Source: Octopus sinensis (taxonomy: Eukaryota). From it: a stretch of 64,000 nucleotides of DNA. The stretch spans positions 25,494,464-25,558,463 of the forward strand of contig NC_043011.1 in assembly GCF_006345805.1 (NCBI RefSeq), read 5' to 3'. The translations under genes were made by a program, and so were the position numbers. Shown piece after piece: positions 1-11,197 of the stretch (its first letter is position 1; every line of letters begins with the position of its first letter). Below the pieces are notes generated by a model. That model was not told the DNA's origin. It ran no database searches and saw only the letters and a program-made list of their open reading frames with translations.

Positions 1-457
1 AAAGATAATGTGATTGTGTGTGTTTGTCTGTGTGAATCCCTAAAACTCGAGAACTACACAACTGATTCCATTCAAATTTTACACATGCCTTACTTAGGGT
101 CTATACAGTGTCATGGGCCAAAGAAGAATTTTCAACTTCTTACCTAATATGAGCCCAGAGCAATCTCTTATATCTTACAGTATTTCAGTATTACATGTCA
201 AAAGTGAAATAATATCTCTCTATTGTAATGTGAGATGCTTTCAGTTTAATACTTTCATTATTGATACTGAAACTATTATCTCACATATATACACGCATAC
301 ATACATACATATATATATATGTGTGCCCCAGCATGCCGCGGCCTTCGGGCTAAAACATTTTAAAGGATCTATATATATATACATCTGCACATATGTATAT
401 ATATATATATATATATATAAATGTAGATGTATATATCTCACATGTATACACGCATAG

Positions 458-500
<43 letters not shown>

Positions 501-612
501 GTATATATATATATATATATATATATAATGTATATATATATATGTATGTATACATCTGCACATATGTATATATATATGTATGTATACATCTGCACATATG
601 TATATATATAAA

Positions 613-656
<44 letters not shown>

Positions 657-884
657 CTATGTTTATATATGTAATATACATATATATGTATGTAAGTATG
701 CATATATATATGTGATATAATAGTTTCACTTAAATAATAGTGAGACTATATAAACTGAAAGTATCTCACATTACAATAGAGAGATGTTATTGTTTCACTT
801 TTGACATGTAATACTGAAATAGTGTAAGAGATAAGAAATTGCTCTGGGATTGCATTAGGCAAGATAGTTAAAAAAAATAAGATC

Positions 885-1341
885 CCCCAAGGTCAGAGAA
901 CTCGAGTTAGGGAGAGCAACCATCAGTTGGAGAACGGACAGCTAGTCAGGGCCACAAACAGGCAGCTAATACAGACAAACGGTCAGAGGGGGAAAGAAGT
1001 TTACAATCAGCAACTATAAGACCCAACTTCTCTCGACTCTACAACTTTCACTAGCTCAATTTCTTTTTTACAACATAATTCTATATGAATATGTACACAA
1101 ACTATACAAGGAAAATCTATCTTTACTTCGCATACTTTTCTATTTACTAATTAAACATACCAAGCCGTCGTGGTTTGGGATTTTTTTGACAATGTAACGA
1201 TAAATAAATATTTTCTTCACAACTTCAATCACTGTTCTTTCATCTTTACATAATGGCAATCAACGAAGAACCAATCCTTACAAACTGATTACCACTCCGA
1301 CGTTCCATACTATTGTTTACAAATTAATTTCAAGCGATACA
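885..1341 (+). mobile_element. Partial solo LTR (same family as 5015-5772)
   Basis: Reverse complement of about 5015-5520; AATAAA at about 1205; ends CCGTTACG. Confidence 0.65.
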
Positions 1342-1439
1342 AAAAAACTTCTACCGTTACGTATAAATACACACACACACACATATATACACAAGAATTA
1401 GATTCAAGTTAAAATGCTAAGATCAAGAAAGAGAATAAA

Positions 1440-1678
1440 TTTTATATTTTCACTCATTTGTTTCAATCATTTTGACTGCGGCCATGCTGGAGCATCGCCT
1501 TTAAGTCGAGCAAATCGACCCAAGAACTTATTCTTTGTCAGCCTAGTACTTATTCTATCGATCTCTTTTGCCGAACTGCTAGGTTACGGAGACGTAAATA
1601 CACCAGCATCGGTTGTCAAGCGATGTTGGGTGGGTGGGGGGACAAACACAGACACACAAACATATACACACACACACG

Positions 1679-1717
<39 letters not shown>

Positions 1718-1770
1718 CACAACGAGCTTTCAGCTTCCGTCTACCAAATCCACACACAAGGCTTTAATCC
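1440..1770 (-). mobile_element. Bipartite tRNA-derived SINE family 1 with internal (TA)/(TG) microsatellite (other copies at about 9205-9670, 22610-23045, 25685-26090, 27320-27970, 31590-31990, 48040-48500, 50515-50925)
   Basis: Recurrent GGCTGTGTGGTAAGAAGCTTGCTTCCCAACC head and CCAGCATGGCCGCAGTCAAATGACTGAAACAAG tail. Confidence 0.8.
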
Positions 1771-2579
1771 CCCACCCCATAAATCCTAAAATTTTCACTC
1801 TTTTTCGAAGACTGTGCTTTGAAATCATGGTGTTAAAATACAGATAGTTCAAATCCGCAATTTGCTTCTATTTATATGGCGGAAACCTGAATCAAACAAT
1901 ATTTTGCGAAAATTCCCCAAAATAAAATAAGTTATCAAGGGTTGTATGGTGTGCTTGGATCAGACTTCCATGGAAAATAATTTTGGAACCGTTGTTTTGT
2001 TGTTTCATTTGGCGTTTTAAAACCTTTCATATTTATAGGCGAGAGAAAGATAATGATTTCTATTAATGACTAAGAATAGAAAAAAGGTCTTTCGTGTTTT
2101 TTTCTTTTTCTCAATAACATTTCGTTAGGTTAACAAACTTTACTAAAAAGTGTCTGAGAATAAATTAGTCAAATTAATAAGCTCTACAAAAAAAGTTCGG
2201 AAATATTTGATACAAATAAATCATCTATAATTGTGTGTTAAATTTCATACTAAATTTTACATTAAAAAGAGGTACGTAAGAAAATGAAGAAATAACGAAA
2301 TCCCTCTTACATTTCAACCCACTTCCTAAGTAAACAACATGTTAAATATGGGACGATGTAAGAGTTTAGCGTACCGAGATAATAAAACAGCAGTTTCACT
2401 CTTATTGTGGATTTTCCGATCTGGAATTTATTATTTTTTTATGCTGTGTTCGTAAAAATAAGAATTTTGTAGCGATAATTATTTGTTTAACTTTACTAGA
2501 ACATTATTAGGCAAGACTTACTTTTGTACCCCCTCAACCGCACCCTTTTTTTGACAGGAGGAAGTCTTTCCCATTATTT

Positions 2580-3240
2580 GCCGGGCGAAATGCTTAGTGG
2601 TATTTCGTCTGCCGTTACGTTGTGAGTTCAAATTCCGCCGAGGTCGACTTTGCCTTTCACCCTTTCGGGGTCGATAAATTAAGTACCAGTTACGCACTGG
2701 GGCCGATGTAATCGACTTAATACCTATGTATGTCCTTGTTTGTCCACTCTATGTTTAGCCCCTAGTGGGTAATAAAGAAATAGGTATTTCGTCTGCCATT
2801 ACGTTCTGAGTTCAAATTCCGCTGAGGTCGACTTTGCCTTTCATCCTTTCGGGGTCGATGTAATCGACTAAATCCGTTTGTCTGTCCTTGTTTGCCCTCT
2901 CTGTGGGTAGTAAAGAAATAGGTATTTCGTCTGCCGGTACGTTCTGAGTTCAATTTCGGCGAGGTCGACTTAGCCTTTCATCTTTTCGGGGTCGATTAAA
3001 TAAGTACCAGTTACGCACTGGGGTCGATATAATCTACTTAATCCGTTTGTCTGTCCTCTCTGTGTTTAGCCCCTTGTGGGTAGTGAAGAAATAGGTATTT
3101 CGTCTGCTGCTACGTTCCAAGTTCAAATTCCGCCGAGGTCGACTTTGCCTTCCATCCCTTTCGGGGTCGATGAATCAAGTACAAGTGAAACACAGGAGTC
3201 AATGTAATTAATTAGTCCCCTCCCCACCAAATTTGAGGCC
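2580..3240 (+). repeat. Four head-to-tail partial copies of SINE family 2 (other copies at 46910-47645 x3, 61185-61420 and elsewhere)
   Basis: GGTATTTCGTCTGCC..GAGTTCAAATTCCGCCGAGGTCGACTTTGCCTTTCATCCTTTCGGGGTCGAT recurs at about 2599, 2783, 2922 and 3094. Confidence 0.85.
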
Positions 3241-4404
3241 TTGTGCCTTTAGTAGAAAGGATTATTAGTATTAGTGGCATTCTTTCGAAAGAATGCCGCA
3301 TAATGAATATAGAACAAGACCCAGAATATTAAGGCGAAGAATCAATCAATATCACTAATTGTAGTACTTGACTGGCACTTTATTTCACCGTCCTTCGAAA
3401 GGGTGTATGACAAAGTTGATCTCGGCAGATCAAATGGTACGCTATAGTCAAAGATCACGAAAGAATGTGAGTGAAATCAGAAAGGCTGTGACGGAACACC
3501 TATTATTATAGAGCTGCTCCATTAGAGAGGGAAAATTAACAAACCAGAACAAGATGAAACAGAGATTAACCAACGTGAACGATGAACGAAGTGGTTTGAT
3601 GTAGATGTAACGAACAAGGTCAAGGAGACTAGTAAATAGTGAAAGGACTTTTACAGTGACCTCGCCACGCACGCTAGAAGAAGAAGAATATAGTATGGAG
3701 ATAAATATTAAAATAATTAATGTTTGTGTGTGTGCAGCAGTGCTATCATATATTATAACTGCAACTACAGCTGTGTTATTTATAAACAAGAAGCTTTTCA
3801 GCGAAAGTGATCAGATATAATAATATATGAAGGTCATAAAAACTGCAGATATCATTCTTATAGACACCGTACTTACAGAATCTAACAAGCATTTTTAGAA
3901 ATAATGACAAATTCTTATGTATACATATTTTAACTTTTAATAGATTGATCAAGTTCGAATTTTATCTATCTTTTTAAGATTTTTTTCTTTCCATATATCT
4001 TTTTCGGAATTGATTACGTTTCTTATGCACAAGAATCTGGGTGTAATTTCGCTTGTTTTTTTAAGGCAAAAAGAAGCGAAATTTTTAGTATCAAACCAAA
4101 GTGTACAATACTCAGCCACGTTCGGTATTTTAATTTTTTTAGAACAAAATAAAAAATAGAAGCAATACGTATATATAAACATGTGATCTTAAGACACCCA
4201 GGTTTTAAATGGAGTTGAACGATTTTCATGCCGTTTTCTCAAGGACAACTTGAATGAAAGGAAACAGCTCGAAACACTAGATGATCGAAACAAAATTCGC
4301 AAGGGATTTTGTGTGTATGTGTGTGGTGAAAGTAGAGCTTAGTAACTCGTCCTCAAACAGGAGAGAATATTATGCGTTAAAATTAGAAATACATGTATAC
4401 GAAC

Positions 4405-4516
4405 CACCGACACTGAGGTTAACTTTGTTGGGGTCAGGGTCTGCTCTGTAAGCAGCGCTAACAGCAAAAACTTCCACGGGGTCCGCTATCGGAACATCAG
4501 CGTATTTTGAAGACAT
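4405..4516 (-). CDS. GOT1: Aspartate aminotransferase, cytosolic type, first coding exon (remaining exons not found in window)
   Basis: Translates MSSKYADVPIADPVEVFAVSAAYRADPDPNKVNLSVG, matching the GOT1 N-terminus (VP-x-A-x-PV-x-VF...DPDP-x-KVNL-x-VG-AYR). The frame is cut in phase 1 by a GT donor (GTTCGT at 4404-4399) exactly where AYR should follow. The region is CpG-rich. Confidence 0.9.
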
Positions 4517-4942
4517 TTCACTATAAAAGCGTGAGGCAGTGTTGACAATTAAAAGGCGGGAGGGAAAGAGATAACGGGAGAAGGTTTTTATCTGTTTCGT
4601 GAACAACAGAAAACTAACAACTGAATGTTTGGCATCAACGCAACGCTGACGATATCGACTTCGGCTGCTTACGGAATTCTAACGGTATTTACCGAACAAG
4701 CCAACTCAAACTGGTTAAAGTACCTGAAGCTTGAGATTAAGAATGACGTTGCTCAGGGTCAGATATTGAACTCGTGTCAGGTCACTGGGGTCAATTTCTT
4801 GGTGAGGGTGGTAGTGGTGAAACCCAGAACAATGAATTAATAATTAAAAATACTTCAGACAAAAAGATTTATATTCTTCTTTTTCTTAATGCTAACGCTA
4901 ACCCTAAACACTGGGTGTGCGTATTCTTTACCGTCGCCTGGA

Positions 4943-4991
<49 letters not shown>

Positions 4992-5014
4992 ATCAAAATA
5001 AGCACCAGGATATC

Positions 5015-5772
5015 CGTAACGGTAGAAGTTTGTTTTTGTAACGGTTGAAATTAATTTGTAAACAATAGTATGGAACGTCGGAGTGGTAATCAGTTTGTAA
5101 GGATTGGTTCATCGTTGATTGCCATTATGTAAAGATGAAAGAACAGTGATTGAAGTTGTGAAGAAAATATTTATTTATCGTTACATTGTCAAAAAAAAAA
5201 AAAACCCAAACCACGACGGCTTGGTATGTATAATTAGTAAATAGAAAAGTATGCGAAGTGAAGATAGATGTCGTAGATTTTCCTTGTATAGTTTGTGTAC
5301 ACGTTCTCTTAGTAGTGATCCACAGATAGAGATAGAATTATGTTGTTTGAGAAAAGAAATTGAGCCAGTAAAAGTTGTAGAGTCGTGGAAAGTTGTCCCA
5401 TAGTTGCTGACTATAAACTTCTTTCTCCCACTGACCATTTGTCTATATTAGCTGCCCGCTTGTGGGCCTGACTAGATGTCCGTTCACTAACTGATTGTCG
5501 CTCTCCCTAACTCGGGTTCTTACTAACTCGTTGTCACTAATTGACTTTTGTTTGAGGGTTCTTGTTATCTTAATTCTAGATTTTGGTAAAATAGAAAAGG
5601 TTAGAAAGCTCAAGTGGCGAGACATTATTTTGCTTAGCTAAGGCATCTGGCAAACGTAAACAGCTGTCACAGGAAAACTATTGTTTTACCGTGAGAAAAG
5701 TACTGTTGAAATGTTAATGTAAATTTGGCTATCTAGGATCGAATCTACATCATGCCTGCAAGATCCACTACA
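5015..5772 (-). mobile_element. Solo LTR-like element
   Basis: Minus strand begins TGTAGTGG and ends CCGTTACG, with an internal AATAAA; related copies at 885-1341 and 56170-56905. Confidence 0.65.
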
Positions 5773-6083
5773 CACACACACATGTATGTATGTATGTATG
5801 TAGTTGTTTCATGCAGGCATAGCGTAGATTCGATCTTTGATAACTAAATTTCACTTAACAGTTCAACAGCACTTTTCTCACAGTAAAACAATAACTGTTG
5901 CACACACACACACACACATATATATACATACATGCATATATATACACATATATATACATATACATATACATATATGTAAGTTGTCTAAGAGACCATTAGT
6001 CAGGGAGAAAATGCAGTCGTATATCTGTCAGTAGAGTGGCTATATTATCCGAATTTTATGGTATTAAATAACCATCACGGCTG

Positions 6084-6166
6084 ATCTTACTAATCGGTTT
6101 CACATAAAGAATACAATGGAGTGTAAGGTAACAATCTGATTATATAACTTTACGCTCATCAGAGAT
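6084..6166 (-). ncRNA. Minimal type-I hammerhead ribozyme motif in Penelope-like pseudo-LTR
   Basis: ATCT-CTGATGA-GCGTAAAG...CTTTATGT-GAAAC-CGATTA-GTA-AGAT: 4-bp stem I, 8-bp stem II, 2-bp stem III, GUA triplet. Confidence 0.6.
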
Positions 6167-6494
6167 AGCGGATATGGAAGGGAATATGGCGACTACTCTC
6201 TATTGTTGGAGGTGGATTAGCACAACCAGTCAGTGGCTGCTGTGAAAAAGCGGTGAAATGAAAAAGGTCCAGGGGATTGGATTAGGAGTTATGTTCCTTG
6301 GTTGAGTATACTGTGAAGCTGGCAAGACTTATCTTGAATGGTGAAAGTGTATATTATTAATGTGGTATTCCTGCAGGGGTGGGGTGTGTGGTATGTGTAG
6401 CGGTGTCATAGGTATAATTTTTTCCTGGTGTGTAGGTATATATAGCTGTGTTCATTGGGCTGTTTTGTTTCTGTAAAGGATAAAATTGTGGGGT

Positions 6495-7470
6495 GGGGGC
6501 TAATGGCCAAATGCTGGATAGGCTCAGAAAGGACTACACAGGCACCATGAACTCTCTTGGACTGAAATGGTAGATTTCCTTGATGTGACCCTGGACCTGG
6601 AATCAGGTGCTTATAGGCCCTTTAGGAAACCAAATGAGAAGATGTCTTACATTAACACAGGCTCCTGCTATCCAGCCATAGTGTTCAGGAACCTGGTTAA
6701 GGGCATCAGCAGGAGAATCTCCAGCTTGTCTTCAAGCAAAGAAATCTTTGATGCTGCTGCTCAGTATTACAACCAGGCTCTGGCTGCCAGCAGTTTAAAG
6801 AATAGTAGTTACATGCCAGACCCTAGCCCCACCAAAAGAAAGTGCCACCAGATAGTACAGTGGTTCACACCGCCATTCTCTTTAAATGTTAGAACCAGAA
6901 TAGGTAAGATCTTCCTTAGTTTAGCTGATAGACACCTCCCCAGTACCAACAGATTTGTAGGAAGTAAGGTTGGCACTGGATGGGTGTCTCACAATTCCTT
7001 ACCTAGTCGTGGAAAGGAAAATAGCGGAAACAAGAATCTCCGAACAAATAACAATAATAATTATTTTGCCGAAATAAGCATTTCATCTCTGGGCATCGGT
7101 AGCCTGGATGCCAGGGAGTGGGGTGGAAACAGCAGAGTTGGTTTAATCACAATTGTGAAGGCATTCTTCACAGATTCGCCGAAGTCATGGGTCGCCTTCA
7201 GTTGCACCTGGCTCGGTCGGCAGCAGGGGGTGAAGAGAGAGAATAGCGGTCAAGCCTAGCTGCTGCTGATGACTGTGCATGCGCATAAGGGGCTTCTGGC
7301 AGGCCTTCCGGAAGACTGTAATCCCTGCGCATGCGTGGATGAAAATCCCAAAATGGCGTATGGAACCAGGCGTCACTACAGATTTAACAAAATATTTAAT
7401 AGACATACACTGAGATTATCCTTTAGCTGTGCACCTAGGGTAACAACGATTTTAGTAGGTAGACCTTGAC
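6495..7470 (+). mobile_element. Penelope-like element RT/thumb fragment, interrupted by a solo LTR
   Basis: VDFLDVTLDL...YRPFRKPN...RRISSLSS...WFTPPFS...IGKIFLSLADRHLP...NKIFNRHTLRLSFSC are motifs typical of PLE reverse transcriptases. Confidence 0.85.
6956..7380 (-). mobile_element. 425-bp solo LTR with 4-bp TSD (Gypsy-type)
   Basis: Termini TGTAG...CTACA; GATT duplicated at 6952-6955 and 7381-7384; removing it restores the Penelope frame (TNRFNKIF). Confidence 0.88.
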
Positions 7471-7990
7471 CAGGTTATAGAAGTTACAGAAAGAATCTAA
7501 TTAGGAAGAGAATTAACCTAGATGCGATGTAAGTTTGGTTTTGTACCAGGGAGAAGCACTACTGATGATATCTTTCTAGTTAGGCAATTGTAGTATTTTG
7601 CCAAAGGTTTAGTATATGCCCTACATTCTAGCCATTCTCACAAGCCATCTTCTAACATCCCTCCCTCCATCATTCATCTAACTATAGCACTCAGTCGCTG
7701 TAATTGTAATTACATGAGAGCAGAGATGCACATTTTTCACCCCCCACACTTTTGTGCAACCAGTTTCCCTTCCCCTAACTAGAAAGAGACCATCAATAGT
7801 GTTTCTCCCTGGCACAAAACCAAACTGCATCTCATCGAGGTTAATTCTCTTCCTAATTAAATGAGCTATAATTCTTACTGTAACTTTCATAACTTGGCCC
7901 AGCACTTTGATATCTCTATAATTACTCTTCTATAAGATATCTCCTTTATTCTCTATCCCCCTCAGCATTCTCAATATCATCCCATATCCC
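7470..7990. mobile_element. RTE-clade LINE RT fragments in inverted arrangement
   Basis: RKRINLDEMQFGFVPGR-type motif on plus at about 7500-7580 and on minus at about 7770-7900. Confidence 0.7.
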
Positions 7991-9395
7991 ACCCCAATTC
8001 CTTTCTGTTCTTGATCCACTCCTACTTCCATCACCTTCCCCTGCCAAACTGATATTCACCATTGATCATGCTCCCTCCCTCTGTTTGCCATTCACTGCAT
8101 CACTTATATCCCTCTCTATCACTCATCTCACTCTTATACGAACTTATCTGTTTCTCTGTCTCTATCCCCATCACATTCACTGTCTTGTACCTTGGGAGAA
8201 TTTCCTGACATCTCATCACTACCATCTTCTCTTCTTTTTTCAACTGGGGTACCCAAGTATCTCCTATACTGCTAGGCATGTGTTCCTGTCCCTCTATTAA
8301 ACTTTAACCTCTCATCACCTAACATAAAGCCACTTCCTTCATTATTACACTCCCTAATTGAGGGGTCTTATCTTGTGAGTTACTTAGTTGCCTCAATGGT
8401 GCCAGTGCTATGTAAAAAAAAAACACTCAATACTCTCTGTATAGTGGTTGACATTAGGAAGGGCAACCAGCTGTAGAAACCATGCCAAAGCAGATATTGG
8501 AGCTTGGCACAGTCCTCTAACTTACCAGCTCCTGTTGAGCCATCTGACTATGTTAGCATGGAAGATGGATGTTAAATGTTAATAATGATGATAATGATAA
8601 TAATGATGATGATGATGATGATATGGTGCACACTTTCTCATAGTTACACACCCTCCACACATTCATATTATTATTTCCAGTGGGTTTTTTTTTTAAATAT
8701 AGTTTTAAAATTTGCTGTTAATCAAGTGAAACAAAGTTAGCCAGCTGTTGTTATTCTGTAATTATCATGTTTCCTATTTGGATATTTATGTTACACACTC
8801 ACATACTGAATAACCAAACAGTGTCCTTAATATCAACTAGTATGACATTATTTATTGACAGCACTTAATAATTTAGGCCTTATTGCTTTTGGTGCTGTTG
8901 ATTAGCCTCAGTCAGCTCTTATTTAGCAGAACTATCAGGAAAGGCCTCCCCCATCACAAATGTGATTGACCTATTCCTTTTTTGTTTGTTTCAGATGTAG
9001 TTTATTTAGGATCACATTATCCAATGTGTCCTTCTCTTTTTCAAGACAGCAAGTTATAACTTGATGTAGTGTTGGTTGTTATTCCTAGTAGTTCATGTGA
9101 TCACCTAGAGGTCTCCATCATTAGCTTCAGGTAGTTGTCGTTTAATCTTTTTCATCATTGGTCAGTCCTGGTAGAGCATACTTAGGATGAAAAAGATTTC
9201 ATTTATGACTCATTTACTTGTTTCAGTCATTTTGACTGTGGCCATACTGGAGCACCACCTTTAGTCAAGCAAATTGACCCTAGGACTTATTCTTTGTAAG
9301 CCTGGTACTTATTCTGTCAGTCTCTTTTGCTGAACCGCTAAGTTATGGGGACGTAAACACACTAGCATCAGTTGTCAAGTGATGTTGGACACACA

Positions 9396-9465
<70 letters not shown>

Positions 9466-9477
9466 TATACACACACA

Positions 9478-9515
<38 letters not shown>

Positions 9516-9803
9516 ACAGGCTTCTTTCAGTTTCCATCTACTAAATCTGCTCACAAGGCTTTTGTTGGCCCGAGGCTATAGTAGAAGACACTTGTCCAAG
9601 GTGCCATGCAGTGGGACTGAACCTGGAACCATGTGGTTGGTAAGCAAGCTATTTACCACACAGCCACTCCTGTATTTGACTGTATATTTTTTTTATATGA
9701 GACATGCAACTGTTCTAGGAGGTGATATTTGCACACTTAATGATATTTGCACATATAATCTTGTATATAAACTGGTTAAAGTACTATCAGATCTATTGCT
9801 TAA

Positions 9804-10023
9804 CCCTTTAGCATTTAAACCAGCCATATCTAGCCAAAATATTCTACATGTTTTAGGTTCAAACTGGTCAGATCTAGCTTCTCATATCTACTATACAATA
9901 TCATTCTAAAGATAAAAAGTCATGTCATCAAAATCTCAAGGTTACAAGATATTACATGATTAATTCAAAACAGTGTGAATAAATAAGCATTACATTTGAC
10001 AGAGTATTCTGAATGCTATAGAG
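9804..10023. mobile_element. piggyBac-type MITE (related copies at about 23185-23412 and 40700-40915)
   Basis: TTAA flanks with TIR CCCTTTAGCATT / AATGCTATAGAG. Confidence 0.7.
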
Positions 10024-10758
10024 TTAATGCATGTTAGTGAAATATAAATGTAGTTTTCTTTCCTGTATATTTGGATCCAATGCTTGTTGAATCAAACTGA
10101 TCAGGTTGGCATACAATTCCTATTGGCATATAATAGAGTAAATGACATTTCTTCATTTACATTTGATATGTGGCTTTCAAAAACACAATTAGTCATTCAT
10201 TCAACAGGTATACCTATCTAAGGTGAAGCACTTATTGATGAATGCTGTAATTAGACCAAATGAATCTACTGGTTTCCTCCACACCCATCATGACTTTCAT
10301 ATGAAGATTATCTTCTCAGAGGTTTTTAAGATCAGTTATTTCACTAATAGATGTTTTAAATTTTGGCACAATGCCAATTATGTTTAACAACTCTATTTCC
10401 CAGACTTTTAACAACTCTATTTCCCTGACTTTTAACAACTCTATTTCCCTGACAATTATGCTTAACAACTCTATTTCCCTGCATTATATATTAACAATAT
10501 TTTGGAAATTTGGACTTAACTTTTTGCATGTGGCCATATAATTGCATGCGAAGATAAAGTAATGGATATACCTCTGCTCTTCACGAGTTTGATGCAGTTA
10601 TGACACACTTCTGTTTATTATAAAAAGGGCTTCCATTTTAGAAGTTTCTAACAAAGTAGAACTTTTCTTTATTACTTATAGATTCACCATAGTTTTTCTG
10701 AAATGTGAGTGAAGCATGCACGGTTTGGTTGTCCTGTTGAAAGTTATATTCTCTAAGC

Positions 10759-10807
<49 letters not shown>

Positions 10808-10818
<11 letters not shown>

Positions 10819-11150
10819 ACCCCCTTCGGTCATGAATGACCATGGGATTGCACCTAGAAAGTTACCCTCCTAGACACAAGTCCGGGCAAGGTTGTTTATG
10901 GAAGACCAGCAGTCGCCCATGCATACCAGCCTCCCCTCTCCACGCCACCAGTGTTATCCAAGGGAAAGACAAAGGTTGATACAGCTTGGCACCTGTGACG
11001 TCGCAACTCATTTCTACAGCTGAGTGAACTGGAGCAACGTGAAATAAAGTGCCTTGCTGAAGAACACAACACGCAGCCCGGTCCGGGATTTGAGCTCACA
11101 ACCTCACGATCGTAAGCTCGACGCTCTAACCACTGAGCCATGCGCCTTCA
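10808..11150 (-). mobile_element. tRNA-headed SINE (family 3)
   Basis: Head GTGAAGGCGCATGGCTCAGTGGTTAGAGCG with A-box and B-box-like motifs. Confidence 0.8.

Positions 11151-11195
<45 letters not shown>

Positions 11196-11197
<2 letters not shown>

Noticed and set aside
113-729. Long ORFs of YI/HT/YVCM repeats (also 14804-16338, 33964-34473, 52264-52709 and many others)
   Set aside because: They are translations of (TA)n, (CA)n and (TATG)n microsatellites, open in several frames on both strands.
3448-3789. Minus-strand ORF as possible GOT1 exon 2
   Set aside because: It lacks the expected AYRT..PWVLPVV motif and shows no similarity to the aminotransferase.
4625-4992. Short plus-strand ORFs at the GOT1 promoter; candidate upstream GOT1 exon ending CAG|GTACTT at 4724
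   Set aside because: No recognisable protein; the candidate exon has no in-frame ATG, so at most it is a UTR exon.
7262-7350. CTGATGA...GAAA inside the solo LTR
   Set aside because: No stem II closing pair, stem I or NUH geometry.
10050-10235. About 55-codon open frame ending ACAG|GTATAC
   Set aside because: No homology recognised and no phase-compatible partner exon established; could be chance.
10384-10490. Four copies of TTAACAACTCTATTTCCC as a CRISPR-like array
   Set aside because: Spacers are only 7-12 nt and nearly identical, there are no cas genes and the context is eukaryotic; it is a simple minisatellite. The same applies to 43167-43775.
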